Below are positions 1-7,330 of a stretch of DNA of 64,000 bases, piece after piece. The first letter of the stretch is position 1; every line of letters starts with the position of its first letter. The stretch is from positions 32,001 through 96,000 of IMG/VR virus record IMGVR_UViG_3300045738_002037. One strand, 5' to 3'. A program made the position numbers and the translations under genes. Source of the stretch: a virus. Below the pieces are notes generated by a model, which saw only the letters and a program-made list of their open reading frames with translations, had not been told where the DNA came from and ran no database searches.

Positions 1-193
1 TGCCACCCATTAATTTGGTTAAAAGATTAAAATGAGAATCAAATAATGTTGCGCGAACAGTATACCCACCATTCGCCATGCCTTTAAATTCAAACTCAGA
101 AAATGAATCACCCCAATCCAATGCCCCAGTTATATTAGGGAATCGAACAGTAACGTAAGGATTAGCTTCGGGGCTAGGAGTTTTTTCCGACAT
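1..193 (-). CDS. 5' part of a gene running off the window edge (MSEKTPSPEANPYVTVRFP...); possibly a baseplate/tail structural protein
   Basis: Translated manually from ATG at 193..191; open to position 1. Not in the ORF track because it is truncated. Function guessed from context only. Confidence 0.55.
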   Translation of the reverse strand, partial: MSEKTPSPEANPYVTVRFPNITGALDWGDSFSEFEFKGMANGGYTVRATLFDSHFNLLTKLMGG

Positions 194-479
194 GAAACTA
201 TTTTGGATTTATTATCAAGGTAATAAAGGTTCCAAATATATACTATTATTATATCTGGGTGACAAAGAAACTAAGTATTGTGGTTTGGAAACGCAGTTCA
301 TCGTTGAGGTAGACAACAAAACCATACGTTCCTCCATCGATGAATTACATAAATTATCTTTGGATAAAAAGCTATTATGGATTAAAGAAAAATGTCCAGA
401 ATCTTATAAAAATGCATATAGAGAATTAAAAAAAGATAATTCTACAATTATCGAAAAGTATTCAATAATTAACAAATAA
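192..479 (+). CDS. hypothetical protein
   Basis: 95-aa ORF, AGGAG at 176-180, TAATG coupling with the next ORF. Confidence 0.6.
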   Translation: MKLFWIYYQGNKGSKYILLLYLGDKETKYCGLETQFIVEVDNKTIRSSIDELHKLSLDKKLLWIKEKCPESYKNAYRELKKDNSTIIEKYSIINK

Positions 480-979
480 TGGTCCCCTTGCCACATATTT
501 ATAAAGGAGATATTATGTTTGACAAATTCAAAAAATGGTGGAAAGATTTAGCCGAAGAAGTTAAATCAAAAACCAAGAAAATCGAAGAAAAATGGGAAGG
601 CCCGTATACTCATAAAGATTTGAATATAGAAGTTAACACAGAAGACGAACACAAAACTGTCGCAAATATTTTGCGGATGAATGTAAAAAATGTTAATATA
701 ACATTGGATAAGTTTAAAAATGATACAAAGCTTACGCCCGAACTATGGTCACCAAGAAAATACCAGCTAATAGGGCGAGCTTTACAGAAACGAATAAATG
801 AATTAAATGAAGAAACCTTACGAAGAAAAAAAGCTTGGGACACTGTAGATGAAGTAGTAGAAGCAATGGCTTGGATGCGCGAACAGAGAGCCTACTCTAA
901 CATCAATAAAGAAGCCAAGCGGCGCGAAATGGAAAGACTTATGAAAGGTGAATCATATAATGACCATTTATATCAATGA
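479..979 (+). CDS. hypothetical coiled-coil protein (likely start 516, MFDKF)
   Basis: ORF with AAGGAG before ATG 516; charged helical composition. Confidence 0.65.
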   Translation: MVPLPHIYKGDIMFDKFKKWWKDLAEEVKSKTKKIEEKWEGPYTHKDLNIEVNTEDEHKTVANILRMNVKNVNITLDKFKNDTKLTPELWSPRKYQLIGRALQKRINELNEETLRRKKAWDTVDEVVEAMAWMREQRAYSNINKEAKRREMERLMKGESYNDHLYQ

Positions 980-1631
980 TAATTTCCATCATAATAAACA
1001 TTGGTCAATTGAAATCAATGAAAAAGAAAGAAAAATCACGATTGCAAATGGAAGAATCGGCACTAAAGGATATGCGCGGGAAAAACAGTTTACAACCACA
1101 GGAGCATTAATTAAACATGTGCAAAGAAAGATCCATGAAAAACTCGGTAAAGGATACCGCAAAATACCCAAAGACGAATTCGACAGACTAACACTGAGCG
1201 CGCAATTGCTCGGAACTAGAAATAAACTAGACAAGCATCATTGGATCAATTTAACACTGGTTCCGTCCCCAAGAAACGGCACCTTCACTGATAGTGGCCA
1301 CTATATTGCAACATGGGACGAAGTTGAAGACACACAAATTGCCAACCCCAATTATAGCCCAGCACTATTAATCTATTTTGTTACGCCGCATTCACATAAT
1401 GTAATCATTGCGACTGAAAACAATTCTTATGAGATAGCAAATAGGCCAACCGCCGTTGATGCAATCGGCGAATTAACATATTTAGAAGTTCCGACGCATA
1501 ATTTCAAAGGGCTAACGGCTGTTGAAATCACAAAAAATAATACGTACGGAGAGCCAAATACGTACGGAAAGCCACACGAATTATATGAAATGAGCCAAAA
1601 GATAAAATTGGCTTTATCTGCGATTCTTTAA
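948..1631 (+). CDS. WGR-domain protein
   Basis: NKHWSIE...NGRIGTKG...IHEKLGKGY matches the WGR nucleic-acid-binding domain pattern. Confidence 0.75.
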   Translation: MNHIMTIYINDNFHHNKHWSIEINEKERKITIANGRIGTKGYAREKQFTTTGALIKHVQRKIHEKLGKGYRKIPKDEFDRLTLSAQLLGTRNKLDKHHWINLTLVPSPRNGTFTDSGHYIATWDEVEDTQIANPNYSPALLIYFVTPHSHNVIIATENNSYEIANRPTAVDAIGELTYLEVPTHNFKGLTAVEITKNNTYGEPNTYGKPHELYEMSQKIKLALSAIL

Positions 1632-2648
1632 TTGCGACATTCTTCTACGCAATCGCACCATCTCTCTATTATTTAGTCTATTAATATTAGATTCCATAAT
1701 CTCTTTAACATTGGCAAAATCGGTCTTTTCGCCAATTTCATTCCAATCTTTGCAGCCATATTCTTGTGGCGGCAGTGAATAATAAACCTTAAATCCATTA
1801 CTGTCTAACAATCGATAATTATGTATTACACTTTGCATTCCAGCTTTGTCATTGTCCGGCGCTAATATCACCCCGTCGCTAGGACCCAGTAATTTCAATT
1901 TCTTTATTTGGTTCGTAGTAAGTACCGCGCCTCCCGACGCCATAGTTTGATCTTTAAGCATATGCGCATCAAATATTGCTTCAGTGATTATGGCATAGGT
2001 GGCTGGCTCTACCATATCAAACCCATATAAAAAATCACCTTTAGATACGCCAATATCTGAGGAAGGAAATCTAAATATTTTATTAAGTCTTGACCGACTT
2101 TGCCAATAAACTAATTCCCCATATTCATAGTAAGGCCATACAACTTCCATTCCTCTATGGTGTAAATTATATAGTTTTATGTCATCTTTGAATACTCCTC
2201 GGCTGGCCAGCCATTTCTTTAATATATTCGCAACTTTATCTGAAGCATCAACCAGCCTTTCAGAACCATCGGGGAGAGCCACGGGAAACTCTTCCTCGGA
2301 CTTTAAGCCCTCTTGTGGGGTCTGAAGCCCCTCCAAATTCTTAAGGTTCACAAAGGCCCCAAGAACGGCCTTTGCTGCATCTTGAAAAGAACAATTTAAA
2401 TATTTCTGCACAAATCGCAAAAACGAACACTTATTCCTTTGTCCTGTTCTTTGATTTATACCGGCCCATTCATTGCCTCTCCAATCATGGCAGGTTCCCT
2501 TTTCGGGGTTAATATTAAAATGATATCCCGTGTCCCCATTAAAAGGATTATTTATAATATATTCCTCGCCGTCCTTGCGAGTTTTATAATCAAAATTATC
2601 TTCAATCCAAGAACGGATTTTAGAGGGCGGTATCTTTATATAAGCCAT
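1614..2648 (-). CDS. DNA primase (Toprim, DnaG/gp61-like)
   Basis: WLASRG, YWQSR, ITEAIFDA and LAPDNDKAG Toprim motifs, KDWNE; N-terminal CHC2-like region with eroded Zn ligands. Confidence 0.88.
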   Translation of the reverse strand: MAYIKIPPSKIRSWIEDNFDYKTRKDGEEYIINNPFNGDTGYHFNINPEKGTCHDWRGNEWAGINQRTGQRNKCSFLRFVQKYLNCSFQDAAKAVLGAFVNLKNLEGLQTPQEGLKSEEEFPVALPDGSERLVDASDKVANILKKWLASRGVFKDDIKLYNLHHRGMEVVWPYYEYGELVYWQSRSRLNKIFRFPSSDIGVSKGDFLYGFDMVEPATYAIITEAIFDAHMLKDQTMASGGAVLTTNQIKKLKLLGPSDGVILAPDNDKAGMQSVIHNYRLLDSNGFKVYYSLPPQEYGCKDWNEIGEKTDFANVKEIMESNINRLNNREMVRLRRRMSQLKNRR

Positions 2649-2661
2649 GTATTATAAAATA

Positions 2662-3006
2662 CTATTTGCCCCAAATTGCGGTTTTGAATTCACTCCAACC
2701 GCCTGCGTTGCCCATTAGACTGTTAAGAATCCGCCCTCCCACTTGGTCGTCTGTTCCCGCTAACTTAAACGCTTTATCAGACAATTTATAGTGCCCTTCT
2801 TTAACGCCAACCAAAAGTTCCGCTTTATAAGCCGCCTCGAGGTCTTTTTCTTCTATTCCGGCACGATCACGTAAAAACTCACCCGTAAATACTTGCCCTT
2901 TAAGCTGCTTAAGATCTTTTGTGCCATGAGCATCGGCTATTGATTTAATGATCTTTTTTGCTAAATCAGTTTCATAGTGGGCTTCACATATTAGTGATAA
3001 TTTCAT
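2662..3006 (-). CDS. hypothetical protein, possible internal head protein
   Basis: N-terminus MKLSLICE resembles a prohead-protease-cleaved leader. Confidence 0.6.
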   Translation of the reverse strand: MKLSLICEAHYETDLAKKIIKSIADAHGTKDLKQLKGQVFTGEFLRDRAGIEEKDLEAAYKAELLVGVKEGHYKLSDKAFKLAGTDDQVGGRILNSLMGNAGGWSEFKTAIWGK

Positions 3007-3016
3007 TATGTCTCTT

Positions 3017-3883
3017 TCAATTTACAGTAAAAATGAAACTTTTGCTTACTCTAGTGGAACCATCGGGCATTGTTATGGTAGCGCGATACTTATATGTTCC
3101 CTTATAAAACGAACTCGTATTAAGGTCATACCGCATAACATAAGGATTAGACCTGTATGACCCATGCCGCATGGCTATCACCATCGCTGCTTCCTCAACT
3201 ATCAATTCTTCGCTCATATTCCATATTGAAATAGTTGGTTTCAAGAATGGAATGATCGGGTTTACAAGATTAAAATTATAATCATACAATGGAAGAGGCA
3301 TAATGCCAACTTCCAGTGGCCTAGATTCAGGCTTATTGAACTTTTGATCTAAAGGTTCAAAACCAAACCTTATCGATTGTAAACCATCATCTATAAACCA
3401 TTCGTCAGGATAAATCCAAAATCTATGACAAGATGAAAGCAATAATGAGTCATAAGTAGCATTATCTAAATCGCACTCTACACCGTCGCCCGTAGGATCT
3501 GCAGTTCCTAAATCACCACAAGGATTATCAGCAAAATAATACCAAACGTCAAAATAAACATCTGGCACCGAGTATGTATCTGGCACACTAAACAATAAGT
3601 GATATTCACCTACCACAGCACCAGTTGAAACGCCAGCGGCCAAGGCTACGCCAGCTGAATCTACTCTTTTTAACGGAGATGGATAATAAGCATTAGCTGG
3701 GTCCACAACCGGCACCGTTGCAACTAAATTATGCGGTAAAACTTGCGACTTATAAATCTCAACATATCTTATAGCATATGGGTCCTTAGTGACACCATTA
3801 TTGCGAAATGTCACATTAAGATCTGCTATCTTCCCGCGTCTTGCAGAAATACGTGGGAAAGCGTTGCTATCTATTTTAGTCAT
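3017..3883 (-). CDS. putative virion structural protein
   Basis: Beta-rich 288-aa ORF, strong SD, CAAAAATA motif upstream, tail gene context. Confidence 0.55.
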   Translation of the reverse strand: MTKIDSNAFPRISARRGKIADLNVTFRNNGVTKDPYAIRYVEIYKSQVLPHNLVATVPVVDPANAYYPSPLKRVDSAGVALAAGVSTGAVVGEYHLLFSVPDTYSVPDVYFDVWYYFADNPCGDLGTADPTGDGVECDLDNATYDSLLLSSCHRFWIYPDEWFIDDGLQSIRFGFEPLDQKFNKPESRPLEVGIMPLPLYDYNFNLVNPIIPFLKPTISIWNMSEELIVEEAAMVIAMRHGSYRSNPYVMRYDLNTSSFYKGTYKYRATITMPDGSTRVSKSFIFTVN

Positions 3884-3889
3884 TAATTT

Positions 3890-3912
3890 CTCCTCAATTT
3901 ATTTTTGAGGAG
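3890..3912 (-). promoter_or_regulatory. RBS-occluding hairpin with a putative late-promoter motif in its loop
   Basis: Minus strand CTCCTCAA-AAATAAA-TTGAGGAG; the 3' arm is the SD of the 3883 ORF; CAAAAATA spans the 5' arm and loop. Confidence 0.6.
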
Positions 3913-3924
3913 TTATATTATTAA

Positions 3925-4227
3925 TTATCGCCGTGCCCTAGACATGGACGGCATAGATGGCATAGACGGCATAGATGGTTTAGATATAGACGGTTTTGAT
4001 ATGGACGGCATAGAGCCGCGTTCTTTTTCCTGTTGTTTCTTAAATTCTTGTTCAAGACGCTTAATATACCAATTACGGTCTTCAGACGTCATTTGATTTT
4101 GCTCAAATAATGACAATTTGCCATAATGTTTAAGCTGAAACTGTTGTTCCATTATATTAAAATATTCACGTTCACACTCGTCCGGCGTTCGACGGGCGAA
4201 AAAAGGATTCTGAGATCGGTAATTCAA
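3925..4227 (-). CDS. T4 gp51-like baseplate hub/tail assembly chaperone (probably made as a frameshift fusion)
   Basis: QFQLKHYGKLSLFEQNQMTSEDRNWYIKRL pattern; overlaps the gp26-like ORF in the +1 frame; no SD-led start. Confidence 0.7.
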   Translation of the reverse strand: MNYRSQNPFFARRTPDECEREYFNIMEQQFQLKHYGKLSLFEQNQMTSEDRNWYIKRLEQEFKKQQEKERGSMPSISKPSISKPSMPSMPSMPSMSRARR

Positions 4228-5308
4228 CCGTAAACTCAGCCTCGCAGTCTGGGCATCCCAGCGTTACAGTAGTGTCAATACCCGGCGTATGATTACGCAG
4301 CCATTCGCGGATTGAAGACGTATCAGTAGCATGGAGTTTATCTATGAAACTTCTAATAGTAAACGGATTATCAGTGCCCATCACATCGATTATAATCTTT
4401 TCAAGATTGTCAGTAATTGCGTCATCTAATTCTTCATTCTGACCTCTTTGCGCTTGAACATCTAATGATTTTGCGGTTCCCGGACGAGCATACGACCTTT
4501 TTTTAGTACGCCGCTTTGAAATCATGCTGTTAGCATCTTTAGCTCGTAACAATCTAACCGAAACCCAAACTTCACGGCCAGTGGCTTCAGTCAGATATGG
4601 CAACACAATCCTAAAAGGTTCAGAACCAGAAGCGGGATCAGCCCAAGTTATGGTGCCAGCTAACAAGTTTAAATCATATACGTGGGTTGACGTAGCTTCA
4701 CATGTAGGACATTGCACTGCAAACTCGTACATATTGCCATGAGTAATACCGCGAATATAATAAAGTAAAAATATTCTATCACCGAGAATCAATTCAACAG
4801 GGTCAAAACCTTCAGGAAATTGGCAACATTCTCTAAACAAATAATCGATAGATTGCCCAGATTGCGCCAATCTTTGCGTCGCTAAAATTTTCTCGGCAGT
4901 TTGGCCCATGGCTCTGACTTTAACTAAACCATCGGGCCAATCATAATAAAATCCTTTACTCGGCAATTCACAATTTTCCCATGGAATTAGTTGATCTTGC
5001 GGAATTTTTAATAATTCATTTAAAAATTCTTCAGAAGAAGCATCAGGACCTGCTAAAGATTCTAAATTTGCAATAGACGATTTTATTTCATTATGATTAC
5101 CACTGCTGTCAGAAGCAGATACTGATTTTATTGGTTCTGAACCAGATATATTTAATTCTTCTTCAACTGGTTCTTCAACTGGTTCTTCAACTGGTTCTTC
5201 AACTGGTTCTTCAACTGGTTCTGTTGATTCATTAGACTCTTGTTGTGAAGAATCCTGATTTTTAGGATCATTTTCTTCAGGTATTTCCGGGTAATCTACG
5301 TCAGCCAT
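4172..5308 (-). CDS. T4 gp26-like baseplate hub assembly chaperone
   Basis: ELPSKG, VRAM, GDRIFLLYYIR, CPTC...CPDC, C-terminal LPISESFFRP; acidic N-terminal extension; SD before ATG 5308. Confidence 0.8.
   Translation of the reverse strand: MADVDYPEIPEENDPKNQDSSQQESNESTEPVEEPVEEPVEEPVEEPVEEELNISGSEPIKSVSASDSSGNHNEIKSSIANLESLAGPDASSEEFLNELLKIPQDQLIPWENCELPSKGFYYDWPDGLVKVRAMGQTAEKILATQRLAQSGQSIDYLFRECCQFPEGFDPVELILGDRIFLLYYIRGITHGNMYEFAVQCPTCEATSTHVYDLNLLAGTITWADPASGSEPFRIVLPYLTEATGREVWVSVRLLRAKDANSMISKRRTKKRSYARPGTAKSLDVQAQRGQNEELDDAITDNLEKIIIDVMGTDNPFTIRSFIDKLHATDTSSIREWLRNHTPGIDTTVTLGCPDCEAEFTVELPISESFFRPSNAGRV
5159..5222. repeat. perfect 12-bp tandem repeat x5 (PVEE)
   Basis: (TTCTTCAACTGG)5 in the gp26-like N-terminus. 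Confidence 0.95.
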
Positions 5309-5344
5309 AATATTCTCCAACCATAATGATTTTCTACGATGTAT

Positions 5345-5971
5345 TTACTCTCCTCCACTATTTCCCTTATCTGGCGGCGCTGGGGGCCGTGGAGGTAACG
5401 GTCTATCAATATTATCGCCCATCTGCCCAAACGACGTTTCGTCCGGACTATTCTGAGTTATTTCTTCGGCCCAATCATAAGTAAGAGTAACTTCTACTTT
5501 CTTTATATCACTACTAGTATATGTAAGTTCGCCATATTTTATAACAGACGGCCAACTATTTATTAACCTATATTCTTGTACTCCAGTGCCGTCAGGTAAA
5601 AACGTCCTGAGTCTGGATTCTTTTTTATATTTAGCAACTGCAGCAAAACCATACATAGGACTCCATACAGTTTTTCTCCATTGCTTAACAGTATCAAGAA
5701 AACCAGCTGTATCGTACCAAGCCACTTTAACATCGGCCCAATTAACAGATTTAGCAAATTTATATTCTAATGATGCGCCCATTACAGTTTCTTGCGCAAC
5801 GTTAAATGAAGGCAATGTAATTGTTTTGCAATGAATTATGCCTATATTAGCATATGCTTGATTTTCATAAAAATTTTCAATCTCCCAAGTATATGTATAA
5901 TAATAATCAGTAGTATCCTTCACCGCAGCCGAACCGACACCGCCTTGACCATTTATTATAAATCCCGGCAT
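5345..5971 (-). CDS. tail tube-fold protein, paralog 3 (gp19 family)
   Basis: MPGF start; LPSF, W, NSWPS, YGELTYTSSD, EVTLTYD gp19-family motifs. Confidence 0.8.
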   Translation of the reverse strand: MPGFIINGQGGVGSAAVKDTTDYYYTYTWEIENFYENQAYANIGIIHCKTITLPSFNVAQETVMGASLEYKFAKSVNWADVKVAWYDTAGFLDTVKQWRKTVWSPMYGFAAVAKYKKESRLRTFLPDGTGVQEYRLINSWPSVIKYGELTYTSSDIKKVEVTLTYDWAEEITQNSPDETSFGQMGDNIDRPLPPRPPAPPDKGNSGGE

Positions 5972-5974
5972 TAT

Positions 5975-6154
5975 TTAATCCTCCATGGCCTCATTGTCTA
6001 GCGTATCCAGCTGATGCCGCCTCTCGTCATAAGGCATAGTTGTCCATTTGTTGTCTATAATTTCGTCCTCTGGGTCAAAAGAAATTGATACAAAAGAAGG
6101 AATAACCATTGCTGTTACAGTGGAAGTAATGAATTCTCTTTTGTCCATTTCCAT
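5975..6154 (-). CDS. small hypothetical protein with a Tat-like N-terminus (MEMDKREFITSTVTAMVIPS)
   Basis: 59-aa ORF translated manually; fills the gap between tube paralogs; ends with the SD of the next gene. Confidence 0.55.
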   Translation of the reverse strand: MEMDKREFITSTVTAMVIPSFVSISFDPEDEIIDNKWTTMPYDERRHQLDTLDNEAMED

Positions 6155-6165
6155 TTTTAAATTTC

Positions 6166-6714
6166 CTAATTGCGAGATTCCACGGCCCTGTCAATTTGAA
6201 GTGTTATAGCTATTTCTGACAAATCAGTGTCTTTATAACTCAAATCAGACGGAAGAACCTTAGATGGCCAACATCCATATAAACTATATTTCCATATAGT
6301 AACGCCGTCGCCGTCCAACATTTCAAGCTGGCATTCTTTTCTATAATCATTAGGTTTATATTGCCTCGAACCGAGTGTGTCGATCATGGTCCCTTGCCAC
6401 CACTCATATATAACATCTGCCGCATTACTAAACGGAATATTCGGAGCAGCTGACCCATAATGGCCAATCACTACTTCGTAAAAAGTAATTTCAAGTGGCT
6501 TCCAGAAATGCTGGCCGGGTCGATATATTCTATCTTGACCACTATGAATTTTTATAACATCAGCTTCAAACGATGGCCTTGATGCTTTATGCGCATAAAT
6601 CAAAATATCTTTCAATGGGTCTAAAATACTAAAAACATACCTATGACTCCTGGCAGTTTCTACAGTGTTTGGCGGTTGCCCTGCTGAAGTCCCCGCTATG
6701 TTAAACCCTGGCAT
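6166..6714 (-). CDS. tail tube-fold protein, paralog 2 (gp19 family)
   Basis: MPGFN start; RPSF, YRKECQLEMLD, YGCWPS, DLSY, ITLQIDRA. Confidence 0.82.
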   Translation of the reverse strand: MPGFNIAGTSAGQPPNTVETARSHRYVFSILDPLKDILIYAHKASRPSFEADVIKIHSGQDRIYRPGQHFWKPLEITFYEVVIGHYGSAAPNIPFSNAADVIYEWWQGTMIDTLGSRQYKPNDYRKECQLEMLDGDGVTIWKYSLYGCWPSKVLPSDLSYKDTDLSEIAITLQIDRAVESRN

Positions 6715-6725
6715 AATTTCCTCTT

Positions 6726-6763
6726 AATAAAATTGCGGGGGGCATTATTTATGCCCCCCACAA
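6726..6763 (-). terminator. rho-independent terminator after the major tail tube gene
   Basis: TTGTGGGGGGCAT-AAATA-ATGCCCCCCGCAA followed by TTTTATT on the minus strand. Confidence 0.85.
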
Positions 6764-6793
6764 GCTATTTATCAATTCTAATGCCGTAAAACA

Positions 6794-7306
6794 TTAAAAT
6801 CTTCTTGCTCTATCATACCTCATTGTTGCTTCAACAGTCATGAGGTCAGTAGAGGTATAATTCAATTCTTGATAATTCACAGCTTGCGGCCACACCCCGT
6901 ACATTTCCCATCGCTCATTAGATGCGCCTTGCCCATCTTGCACCTGCAGATTGGCCTCAGCTTTATAAACATTAACGGGCGCAACATTGGCCGAAGGAAT
7001 ATCAATAACAGAATTCAACCAATTATAAACTGCCTCAGAAACATCCGGAGATTGTTCACCATCATACCATACCAGTGAAATCGGCTCCCACGATTGCTTG
7101 CCAGCAAAGTAGACCTTTTCCTGATTATGGTGCATTTCAGGTTCTTCGAACGAGAAACTAGGGCGCTGGGCCGATTGTAATAACAATAAAACATTAGGGG
7201 CGACGGGACCAAGCGTCTCGAATACCCAACGATGCGCACGGCGAACTTCGATGGTATTAGACGGACCACCGCCTCCGCCAGCATTAACTACATTAAATCC
7301 AGGCAT
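6794..7306 (-). CDS. major tail tube protein (T4 gp19 family)
   Basis: Directly downstream of the sheath; RPSF, YFAGKQSWEP, YGVWP, ELNY, TMRYDRA; SD before ATG 7306. Confidence 0.9.
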   Translation of the reverse strand: MPGFNVVNAGGGGGPSNTIEVRRAHRWVFETLGPVAPNVLLLLQSAQRPSFSFEEPEMHHNQEKVYFAGKQSWEPISLVWYDGEQSPDVSEAVYNWLNSVIDIPSANVAPVNVYKAEANLQVQDGQGASNERWEMYGVWPQAVNYQELNYTSTDLMTVEATMRYDRARRF

Positions 7307-7330
7307 TTTTATCTCCAATTAAATCCAGCA

